From the NCBI GenBank assembly GCA_965217585.1, contig OZ244561.1, positions 1,152,001 through 1,216,000 on the forward strand: 64,000 nt of DNA. Direction: 5' to 3'. Below, one piece after another: positions 1 through 7,615 of the stretch. A model generated the notes under the pieces. The model was not told the DNA's origin. It made no database searches and saw nothing but the letters and a program-made list of their open reading frames with translations. How positions within the stretch are numbered: position 1 is the stretch's first letter; every line of letters begins with the position of its first letter. Both the position numbers and the translations under genes were made by a program. Source of the stretch: Candidatus Latescibacterota bacterium. Its GTDB lineage: Bacteria > Latescibacterota > UBA2968 > UBA8231.

Positions 1-276
1 GAGTTGGGTGAAACGGCGGCGCTGCCACATGCGCGCTTTGTTGTCCGCGATCGAGCACAGCCAGGCGCCGAATCGCTCGGGAGCGCGCAGCTCCGCTAGC
101 TGCTGGTACGCGGCAATGAACGCCTCCTGTAGGACGTCCTCTGCCGCCTCTTGCGCGCCCAGCCTGCGGGTGAGCCGCATCAGCAACCACGGCGTGTGTT
201 CCTCAACGAGCAGCCCAAACGCCGCAGAGTCGCCAGCGACCGCCCTCTGCACGCAGCTTTCTCCATTCCGTTCCAT
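1..276 (-). CDS. ECF-type RNA polymerase sigma factor, N-terminal part (runs off window start)
   Basis: Manual translation (not in ORF track): MERNGESCVQRAVAGDSAAFGLLVEEHTPWLL...AAEDVLQEAFIAAYQQLAELRAPERFGAWLCSIADNKARMWQRRR, a typical sigma70 region 2 of ECF factors. Confidence 0.85.
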   Translation of the reverse strand, partial: MERNGESCVQRAVAGDSAAFGLLVEEHTPWLLMRLTRRLGAQEAAEDVLQEAFIAAYQQLAELRAPERFGAWLCSIADNKARMWQRRRFTQL

Positions 277-352
277 GATCACCCTTATAGTTGCTTTCAG
301 GCGACAAAGGTATCCGAAAAAAGGAGCCGTCGGGACAAATTACGCCTGCATC

Positions 353-380
353 TTGACCCGATATTTGCGATATGTACATT
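353..380 (+). promoter_or_regulatory. Candidate sigma70 promoter TTGACC-N16-TACATT
   Basis: Consensus-like hexamers ~35 nt upstream of the ATG at 415. Confidence 0.4.
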
Positions 381-414
381 AAATCAGCATCCACACCCTA
401 CTTAGGAAGCCTTC

Positions 415-807
415 ATGTCGGAGACAACCGGCCCCCAAGCTAACCCAGCCCCCGATAATACCCACTGGGGAGTCGCCTATCTGAGGGAAGACCTCCAAGA
501 TCTACGCCAGCAGATACGGGAAGACAGCAAAGATCTGCGCCAGCAGATCGTCGAGACCAATCGGTCGCTCGGTCAGCAGATCGCCGAAACCAACCGGCAG
601 ATCGCCGAGACTAACCGGTCGCTCGGTCAGCAGATCGCCGAGACCAATAAGCGCATTGACGAGACCAGTCGGTCGCTCGGCCAGCGCATTGACGAGACCA
701 ATAAGCGCATTGACGAGACCAATAAGCGCATTGAATCCCGTTTCGCTTGGCTCATTACAACCATGGTGGCGCTGACGGGCATCCTCATCGCCGTGATCAA
801 GCTCTGA
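415..807 (+). CDS. Coiled-coil repeat protein with C-terminal transmembrane helix (DUF1640/CCDC90-like architecture)
   Basis: Repeats of (QQ/KR)I(A/D)ETN(RSLG); ends RFAWLITTMVALTGILIAVIKL; AGGAAG RBS upstream. Confidence 0.75.
   Translation: MSETTGPQANPAPDNTHWGVAYLREDLQDLRQQIREDSKDLRQQIVETNRSLGQQIAETNRQIAETNRSLGQQIAETNKRIDETSRSLGQRIDETNKRIDETNKRIESRFAWLITTMVALTGILIAVIKL
541..735 (+). repeat. Intragenic tandem repeats of 21 and 33 bp units
   Basis: Repeated cagcagatcgccgagaccaatcggtcgctcggt and aagcgcattgacgagaccaat units. Confidence 0.85.
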
Positions 808-864
808 AATGGGGGTCCATATCGGACGACGTCTGACCGAATGGGCCGACGCCAATCCGACGGG

Positions 865-2112
865 CTAGAAATTATACACCAAGCTCAAATCAATGAAGCT
901 GTCGCGTCGAGTCTCGTAGTGGATATCCGCTTTGTCGATACTGAGAAGATAGATCGACTCTAGATTCACAGACCACCGATCAGCAATACGCCGCTCCAAC
1001 GCGACGGCCAGTGCGCGCGTAGCCCGGTCCACATCCCCCAGTATACTAGCGACAATTTCACTGCTCTGAACATCATTTAACGCAAGGCGCGCGGCGAAGA
1101 AGAGATCGTTTTCGGGCGTGTTGGGCGAGCGGCTTGGGGTCGCATTGCGGCCGCGCCCGTCGTAATTCCATTCGCCGAGCAGGCTGAGGTCGGCAGCCGA
1201 GCCAAAAACGGAATAGAACGTGTATTCGCCGCCAAAAACGGCAGCAACGTAGTCTTCTTCCCGGCCGGACAGGTTGCGAGCACCAGCGCGCTGAATGGCC
1301 TCCAGCTTGAACAACCAAGAGCCGACCGTTAGCTGGGCGTCCAGTCCAAACTGGCGGATCTGCGCGTAGTACTGACCTAAGGTCGGCGCGCCGCTACGGT
1401 CCAAGAGTAGCTTCAGAGCAGGCTCCCGGCTGGTGCCGTTGAATGCACTCACACCCATATCGAGGAGTCCAAAACTGTGACTGTAGCGGGCGGCGAGATC
1501 CACGTGCCGCTCCTTGGCCGCGCTCTCGTACTCGACCTGCTCATCTTCTACCACGAGCGGAAGGCGCAAACGGCCCGCTCGGCCCGGAAAGGTGCGGGCG
1601 CGGTGATAGGGCAAAGCAAAAAATTCCACCACACCCCAATCGCTAGACCAAGTCCCATGGACCATGGGTTGCCCCAGCTTGGCCTCTCCAGCCGGATGTT
1701 CGACCAAATCGACTTGGTTGACAACATCGACCAAGTGCTGCGACTCGGTGACGCCCCAGAACACCTGATCGACGCCCACGCGCAGCTCCCATTCGCCGTC
1801 GCCGATTTCGCCGAATAGCAGCAGATAGGCTTCGCGCAGATCGGCATGGGTGCGGCGTGGGTCGGTGTTGTCGTAGCGAAAGAACGGAGCTAAAGTGAGG
1901 CTTCTACCCGCGGCGTCTTCAAGGTAGAGTTTAGGCACTGCAACAAAGCCGCTCGCATGGGAGTGCTGACCGGAATGAGCACCGGCTTCGGGGAACCATC
2001 GGCTTTCGGCATTCAAGCGCCCGGAAAACTCGTGGTCAATTTCGGTTCCGGCCTGTGCTTCGACGGCCAAGGCCAAAATCCAGACAGCGCCGAGGGCCGC
2101 ACGGAGTAACAT
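865..2112 (-). CDS. Outer-membrane beta-barrel protein (MMPL/LolA-like operon-associated)
   Basis: Start reassigned to the ATG overlapping the upstream TGA (TGATG); signal peptide MLLRAALGAVWILALAVEAQA; C-terminal LSLVYNF barrel signal; VGVDQVFWG motif. Confidence 0.75.
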   Translation of the reverse strand: MLLRAALGAVWILALAVEAQAGTEIDHEFSGRLNAESRWFPEAGAHSGQHSHASGFVAVPKLYLEDAAGRSLTLAPFFRYDNTDPRRTHADLREAYLLLFGEIGDGEWELRVGVDQVFWGVTESQHLVDVVNQVDLVEHPAGEAKLGQPMVHGTWSSDWGVVEFFALPYHRARTFPGRAGRLRLPLVVEDEQVEYESAAKERHVDLAARYSHSFGLLDMGVSAFNGTSREPALKLLLDRSGAPTLGQYYAQIRQFGLDAQLTVGSWLFKLEAIQRAGARNLSGREEDYVAAVFGGEYTFYSVFGSAADLSLLGEWNYDGRGRNATPSRSPNTPENDLFFAARLALNDVQSSEIVASILGDVDRATRALAVALERRIADRWSVNLESIYLLSIDKADIHYETRRDSFIDLSLVYNF

Positions 2113-2924
2113 CAACGCGCCCGTTTTAGTCCAGTTTTCGTAAAATCGCGGTCGTCGAGGTCTGTTTGGAATTGAAAATCCGTCCAAGTTAGAACGGTAC
2201 TTTTTCCGGTCAAATGATTGACCATCGTCATCTCGCCCGCGCGCCAGTAACGCTCTAGGTACTGTTCGTAGTTCCCTAGGGTGAGCGTCTTCAAATGGGC
2301 ATCCTTGCGGTCGTAGTACTCCACTTTCCAAACGCGGAGTTCGTCCTTGTCGCGCCAGACCACTTGGCGACTATAGCCCGATTTCTTATCGACGGAAACG
2401 CGTTCGGAGACCGTGCAGGTCAAATCGCCACAAGGCTCGTCGCGCAGGTAGCGGTAGGTGAATTTCTCCACGGCCTGGGCGGTCAGGTCTTCATAGGCAA
2501 ATTCGCTCCCCATGAAGGAGCCGGATCGGTTCGACGAACTAATGCGCTTGACTCGCTTTAGAGCAGGTAGGTAGAGCCATTGATCGTCCGCGCTTTCCCC
2601 ATGCGAGTGAATGAGCAACGCCGTTCCCTGGACATCGCGCGGCTCATCAAACACAAACAGGCTCTTGTCACCATCTTCGGCGACTTCGAGCACCTTTACC
2701 CGGAGCTGGCGTCGGCTCTCTTGCCCGTGTTTGTTGCGCAGCACCATGGTTTGTTGCGCCGTGAAGTTGCCAAAACCTTGCTCGCGCGCGCGAGAATCAT
2801 GAGCGATTTTCAGCCCAGTTTCCTCGGGGGTGGCATTTTCGGCATGGGTGGGTGCCGCGCCAAGACAGGTCAAAATGATCAGACAATGCGCGAAAAACGG
2901 CAGCATAGATCGCGTGAGAATCAT
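2112..2924 (-). CDS. Outer membrane lipoprotein-sorting (LolA-like) protein
   Basis: Signal peptide; DDQWLYLPALKRVKRIS and SFMGSEFAYEDL are family motifs. Confidence 0.9.
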   Translation of the reverse strand: MILTRSMLPFFAHCLIILTCLGAAPTHAENATPEETGLKIAHDSRAREQGFGNFTAQQTMVLRNKHGQESRRQLRVKVLEVAEDGDKSLFVFDEPRDVQGTALLIHSHGESADDQWLYLPALKRVKRISSSNRSGSFMGSEFAYEDLTAQAVEKFTYRYLRDEPCGDLTCTVSERVSVDKKSGYSRQVVWRDKDELRVWKVEYYDRKDAHLKTLTLGNYEQYLERYWRAGEMTMVNHLTGKSTVLTWTDFQFQTDLDDRDFTKTGLKRAR

Positions 2925-5227
2925 GAATTTTTCCGGTCGATGGCAATTAGCAGCGTTGGAAGGAGTAAAAAGTCGGCGACAAGCGCGAAGAGGATCGTGA
3001 TCGTGACCAAAAGACCGAGTGCCCAGCTCACCTCAAATCCCGAGGTGGCGAACACCAGAAAGCCGGCCGACAAGACCGCGGTCGTCGTCCATAACGCATG
3101 ACCCACCGTGTGGAAGGCGGAGCGCACGGCCTCGGGAGCTGGCAGGCCCTCGCGGCGGGCCTTCAGATATTTGCTCAAAAAATGAATCGTATCGTCCACG
3201 ACAATCCCGAAGACAACGGCGATGACTACGGAAGAGGCAATGCCCACGTGGCCGACGAGATAGCCCCACAGGCCGAAGCTCATAATGGCAGGAATGAAAT
3301 TGGGCAGCAGACTGAGAAGCCCGATCCGCACGCTCTTGAAAATCCAAATAAGAACGAACGAAATGAGCGCCATGGCCAAGATCGTACCGCGCAACATGCT
3401 GTTGATATTTCGCAACGACAGGTGGGCAAAGACGACACTCAGGCCCGATCCTTCGTGCGCAAAAGTGGGTACATTGGCTCGGAGCCAGACCTGGGCGCGC
3501 TTATCGAGTTCACGTATATCTCGCGACCACGCATTCTTGGTCACGACGACTAGGCGCGTAGCGGATTTGGCGACATCAATGCGGTCGTTGAGATCGCTAC
3601 CGAACGGAAGCGAAAGCTCGTAGAGCAACAGGTACTGCGCTGCGAGGTCCGGGTCTTCGGGCAGGCGATAGAAGGCTGGATCGTCGCCGTGCATGTTTTT
3701 GTTGAGACGTTTCATAATGTCCGAAAACGCCTGCACATGGGTCACTTCGGGCTGCTGTCGGTACCATTCGGCGAACGCATCGACCTTGCGCAAATAGTCG
3801 GGATCGGTGATGCCGCCTTCGCGCCCTGCACTCAGCGAATATTCCAGCTTGTCTAGGCCGGTCAGGTTATCAATGACATAATCCGTATCGCGCCGGAACT
3901 GGTACCGTTCATCAAAGTACTGCGCCATGTTGTCGCTTAGCTCAATGCGGGGAATGCCGAGTATCAGCACAACAACCACCAAGGTGACGGAGCCAAGCAG
4001 GAATGTACTCCGAGCGATGACAAAGTCGGCAAAGCGGTCGAAGAAGGCAGTCCCCTCAGACTGAACACGGCGCGTGCGCAATGGCAGAATCGAAAGCAAT
4101 GCCGGTAGGAGCGTCATGGTATATATGAGCGCACATAATACCCCAAACGCCACGTAGTTACCCAAGACGTGAAAAGGTGGCGAATCCGAGGCATTCAGGC
4201 TGAGGAATCCAATCGCCGTGGTGACCGAGGTGATAAATACCGGATAGGCATTGATGCGGATCGATTCGACAATCGCCGCATTTCGGTCCAGACCACGCCT
4301 CATACCTAGTAAAACACTCGTGACGATGTGGATTGAATCCGCGATGGCTATCACCATGACAATAATCGGCACGCCGGCGTTGGTCGGGCTGAACACCACG
4401 CCGTTCCAGCCGGCGAATCCCATAGTGGTATTGATGACAAACACGAGTACGGCGACGATGGCCACAGTGCTGAGAACCGAGCGCAGGAGAATAATTGTGA
4501 CACTTACAATGATGAGAAATACAATAGGTGTCAGGGTCTCCATGTCGTTCTGGGTGGCATCGGAGAAAGTCCGGTTCATGACGACATCGCCGGTCATGTA
4601 ATAATTGATTCCCGGGTGGTCCGCGCGGGCTTGCTCCAGAAGCGAATTGAGATAATCGGTAATTTCGACCACGGCCTGATCTGGATTTTCAGGCAGGATG
4701 AAATTGATCGCCACTCCGGTCGTGCGTCCGTCATGGGCGACCAGACGCCCGGCAATTGCAGCCGCATCCAACGCGATCCCCTCAATTCGGGCCACGTCGG
4801 CATCGCTCAGTGCATGCGCGTCCTCGACGAGCGGGGCGACAATGAGTTCATCCTCAAGTGCTTCGCTATGGGTATAGTTAGTAAGGGAGTTGACCCGACT
4901 GGAATAAGGCACGCGCCACGCAGCTTCGGTCAGCTCTTCAACCGCGCCAAGCGCCTCGCGGGTGAACACCGAACCCTCGCGCGGCGCAATGGCAATCAGG
5001 GCCGTATTGGAGACAGAGTACGTGTTCTCTAAGGCGTTGAAAGCGGCGAGTTGCGGATTGTCCTCGCTAAACAGAACGCGGTAATCGTTGGTAACGGTGA
5101 TGAAGCGAACACCAGCCGTCGTAGCCAGCATGACCAGCGTTGCGAGCGCAACAACCAGCCACCGACGGCGCAAAATGGCGGCAATGTAGGTGTCCAAGCG
5201 CAAAAGAGTCGTCCCCTCGACCGTCAC
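2921..5227 (-). CDS. MMPL/RND family transporter
   Basis: Two TM bundles with periplasmic loops; IAIADSIHI and GIVVDDTIHF motifs. Confidence 0.92.
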   Translation of the reverse strand: MTVEGTTLLRLDTYIAAILRRRWLVVALATLVMLATTAGVRFITVTNDYRVLFSEDNPQLAAFNALENTYSVSNTALIAIAPREGSVFTREALGAVEELTEAAWRVPYSSRVNSLTNYTHSEALEDELIVAPLVEDAHALSDADVARIEGIALDAAAIAGRLVAHDGRTTGVAINFILPENPDQAVVEITDYLNSLLEQARADHPGINYYMTGDVVMNRTFSDATQNDMETLTPIVFLIIVSVTIILLRSVLSTVAIVAVLVFVINTTMGFAGWNGVVFSPTNAGVPIIVMVIAIADSIHIVTSVLLGMRRGLDRNAAIVESIRINAYPVFITSVTTAIGFLSLNASDSPPFHVLGNYVAFGVLCALIYTMTLLPALLSILPLRTRRVQSEGTAFFDRFADFVIARSTFLLGSVTLVVVVLILGIPRIELSDNMAQYFDERYQFRRDTDYVIDNLTGLDKLEYSLSAGREGGITDPDYLRKVDAFAEWYRQQPEVTHVQAFSDIMKRLNKNMHGDDPAFYRLPEDPDLAAQYLLLYELSLPFGSDLNDRIDVAKSATRLVVVTKNAWSRDIRELDKRAQVWLRANVPTFAHEGSGLSVVFAHLSLRNINSMLRGTILAMALISFVLIWIFKSVRIGLLSLLPNFIPAIMSFGLWGYLVGHVGIASSVVIAVVFGIVVDDTIHFLSKYLKARREGLPAPEAVRSAFHTVGHALWTTTAVLSAGFLVFATSGFEVSWALGLLVTITILFALVADFLLLPTLLIAIDRKNS

Positions 5228-5331
5228 CGGCTGGGTGCGGTGATGAGGTCACCGACTCGAAGTTCCACCTGGACGATTCCCTCGCTTCCTGTTAGCGGAC
5301 GGAGGAGGGCACACCACGGCGCGAGCATCGC

Positions 5332-6483
5332 TCACCAAGAGCTGGATTTTGATGTATGGACGTGGTCGGGCATCTTGTAACTCACTCCATCCTCGTCGTA
5401 CACCGAGATGTCGAGAAGCTGAGAAAAATTTTCTGATCTGAGCACCTGTTTGGCCTTTAGAAGCCTCAGGAAGCGTTGTTTCCATCGGTAACTAAACAGT
5501 GTTCCCGCAGCAAAGGACTTTGGAAACTCGAACTGGTCAGCGAGTTCGTTTCCTATGAGGGCGCGCGAAAGGCGGTAGGCCAGAGTTGTCAATTTTTTCT
5601 GTTCAACAGGATCTGTTACATCCGCAACTGTCGGAATGGCCTGGATCAACATATTCGCCACGGTTACCGATTCGGGCGACGCCGGCGGCTCGCACATATA
5701 GGCGATCTTGTAAATTTTTTCCGCATCTTCTGCGTTGGTATAGAGGATGGTCTCAGGTATCCCCATGAGATAGCCGCTGTAGCGCCAAACACTGAGAACA
5801 CTCGCTTTTTCTTCCTCGTTGAAATTCGCGCCCACCAACATCGAGTAGTTCAACAGGCGCTTGGAGAAGACGGAGATGGCAAAACCAAGGTGCGCCGAGC
5901 TTATCGGTATGCCCCAAGCATCGTGATCCCAATCGTCGGATTTCGCCAGCAGGGTCCTCATTTGACTATGGACGAAGCGAATGCGCGTGGATAGCCTGTA
6001 CCCATCGCCATCTCTCCGCAAGCCGCCGGGGTAAAAAATATCCATCATGTGGCGGTTATTCTGCTGGAGGCGCCTTTTGGTTGACGCTACCCGCCCGGTA
6101 ATATTGAACGACTTGGCGATAAGCGTCGAAAAGCCTTCCACCAACACCCCTGTAACGAATGCGACGAGCATGAGGTCTACGTTTGCGTGGAAGGCGCGTC
6201 TCCCCGGACGAAAGGCTTCGTAGTCGAGCCAAGGAGGCTCTGCAAGATTTTTGAAGAAATCGCGCAGGGCCTGCGGCACCTGGCGCAGAACCTCATCCTG
6301 TTGCTCTATGCCAGCCCCGATGAAGCGGTGCAGGTCCTCACTCGGCAACGAGGAGAGTTCCTCCATCACCGGATCCAGCTCTGGGTCGCCAATGGAGATA
6401 TGCCTAGCATAGTTGTCGGCCGCTTCTTGGTCGTAGAGGCGGGCCTGCTCATAACCCTCGGTGTATGCTGAAGGTAGTTTCAT
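5332..6483 (-). CDS. MpaB/rubber-oxygenase (DUF2236-like) family oxygenase
   Basis: IRFVHSQMR, WGIPISSAHL and VWRYSGYLMGIP motifs; start placed at MKLPSAY after AAGAGGAG RBS. Confidence 0.8.
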   Translation of the reverse strand: MKLPSAYTEGYEQARLYDQEAADNYARHISIGDPELDPVMEELSSLPSEDLHRFIGAGIEQQDEVLRQVPQALRDFFKNLAEPPWLDYEAFRPGRRAFHANVDLMLVAFVTGVLVEGFSTLIAKSFNITGRVASTKRRLQQNNRHMMDIFYPGGLRRDGDGYRLSTRIRFVHSQMRTLLAKSDDWDHDAWGIPISSAHLGFAISVFSKRLLNYSMLVGANFNEEEKASVLSVWRYSGYLMGIPETILYTNAEDAEKIYKIAYMCEPPASPESVTVANMLIQAIPTVADVTDPVEQKKLTTLAYRLSRALIGNELADQFEFPKSFAAGTLFSYRWKQRFLRLLKAKQVLRSENFSQLLDISVYDEDGVSYKMPDHVHTSKSSSW

Positions 6484-6521
6484 TTTCGATCTCCTCTTTG
6501 GGTAGTGGTTGCGTTTGAAAT

Positions 6522-6887
6522 TTATGGTCGAAGCTGGTGCTGGTGGGAGACGGCGACTTTTCCTGCACTTGGGAGCCATGCGCCAACCGCCAAGGAGTAC
6601 GAACCCGTCGTCGAAGAAGAAAGTCCTCTCACTTTCACGTAGTACGTCCCGGCTTCTACGCGAGCTTCGACGAAGAAGCCAGGGGCGTTGTATAGGCCGT
6701 CGTCATTTTCTGAGAGCACTTGGCCGACGGATTGGGGTTGGCCGGCCACGCACTTATAGGTCGCGCCGTTGATCTCAACGGTTTCCCACGGGCCAGCCTC
6801 CTCGTCAAAAGCAGCTTAGGCCGTGGGCTTGTCTTGCGAGCAGGACAAGACAGAAAGTAGAGGGAGGACTACGGCGAGACGGAGCAT
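6522..6887 (-). pseudogene. Lipoprotein with pre-peptidase C-terminal (PPC)-like domain; in-frame TAA at codon 24
   Basis: MLRLAVVLPLLSVLSC lipobox; TAA at 6816-6818; the same frame continues to ENDDG...EAGTYYVKVRG...TTGSYSL; GAGGAG RBS. Confidence 0.7.
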
Positions 6888-6901
6888 GGCGCATCTCCTC
6901 G

Positions 6902-6946
6902 AAAAAGGTGGACAAAAGGCCCCCGAAGGGGCCGGGCCTTGTCCAC
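6902..6946 (-). terminator. Intrinsic terminator-like hairpin upstream of the lipoprotein RBS
   Basis: GUGGACAA...GGCCCC-UUCG-GGGGCC...UUGUCCAC followed by CUUUUU. Confidence 0.6.
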
Positions 6947-7075
6947 GTATGCGCAGAAAGATGCGACACGTTCTACTTATTCACCGAGGCGGAAGGGAGC
7001 TACCCTTCGCCGGGTCTGGGCTGTTGTATTTAGCAGAAGACCCGACGTAAGTCGGGATTCTACGCATACATGGAC
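6902..7075 (-). ncRNA. Candidate structured leader RNA (riboswitch/attenuator-like)
   Basis: 18-bp helix 7058-7075/6941-6958 whose two mismatches become G-U pairs on the minus strand; internal hairpins; overlapping terminator hairpin 6908-6946 followed by U5. Confidence 0.55.
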
Positions 7076-7081
7076 GCCCAT

Positions 7082-7111
7082 AGGATACGTTATAAGAGAG
7101 CCGCCGGTCAA
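7082..7111 (-). promoter_or_regulatory. Candidate sigma70 promoter TTGACC-N18-TATCCT
   Basis: Would start transcription at about 7075, exactly at the 5' strand of the leader helix. Confidence 0.5.
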
Positions 7112-7217
7112 GCAAAGAGCAAAATCGGTAGTGGTCTATTTTGAAATCTTGCGGTAGGTCTTGGGACGGCACGGCTTGGGTATCGCGTTATCCAGGTGTA
7201 CCGCCAAGCGTGAAAAC

Positions 7218-7415
7218 ATGAACATATTTGCCGCGTTATTGCTTGGGGCGGTTGTACTGTTGGTATGCGCTTGGATCTGCCACGAGACGGGCAAGAAAAC
7301 GGCGGCTAAATGGCTGTTGGGCCTTGGGATCGGTGCGTTGTGGCTGTTGTGGGCCTTGGTTAAAGCGATCTTTGGGTGGATGAAAGACGCAGAGAAAAGA
7401 CGCAGGAACGACTAG
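7218..7415 (+). CDS. Small two-TM membrane protein (cargo of the element)
   Basis: MNIFAALLLGAVVLLVCAWIC...WLLGLGIGALWLLWALVKAIFGW; lies between IR copies at 7127 and 7530. Confidence 0.55.
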   Translation: MNIFAALLLGAVVLLVCAWICHETGKKTAAKWLLGLGIGALWLLWALVKAIFGWMKDAEKRRRND

Positions 7416-7574
7416 GGATCAGACCTATACGCATGGCCGAGTTCGCCGCGATGAGGTCTTTGCTCTGTTGGTTGGGCGTATCTCAAAGATGAAGGCTAAT
7501 GCGGCTTGAATTTCAAAATAGACCACTACCCCTCTTTGGGAGTCAGCAATATACCAGCGTCCAACTTCAAAGCC

Positions 7575-7604
7575 ACATTAATATACTATAATAAAGATTG
7601 TCAA
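7575..7604 (-). promoter_or_regulatory. Candidate native promoter of the oxygenase-MMPL operon
   Basis: Perfect TTGACA (7599-7604, minus strand) followed by an AT-rich -10 region, just outside the right target duplication. Confidence 0.45.
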
Positions 7605-7615
7605 TTATCCTACTC

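Larger units (their letters stand above)
6501..7530. mobile_element. Non-autonomous cargo-carrying element (MITE/mobile cassette) with GGTAGTGGT inverted repeats and 8-bp target duplication
   Basis: Left end ggtagtggttgcgtttgaaat (6501-6521) and right end atttcaaaatagaccactacc (7510-7530); cctctttg directly repeated at 6493-6500 and 7531-7538; an internal perfect IR copy at 7127-7147; no transposase. Confidence 0.8.

Noticed and set aside
8-405. Plus-strand ORFs 8-382 and 151-405
   Set aside because: They are antisense to the ECF sigma factor fragment and have no recognisable motifs.
541-735. Possible CRISPR array
   Set aside because: The repeats are contiguous, in frame and have no unique spacers; they encode a coiled coil. 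No cas genes are present.
2113-2331. N-terminal extension of ORF 865-2331
   Set aside because: It overlaps the LolA-like gene; the signal peptide begins at the ATG at 2112.
6980-7025. Similarity to SRP RNA helix 8 (aggcggaagggagc)
   Set aside because: It lacks the CC needed to close the GGAA tetraloop stem and the conserved internal loop; the G-U pattern favours the opposite strand.
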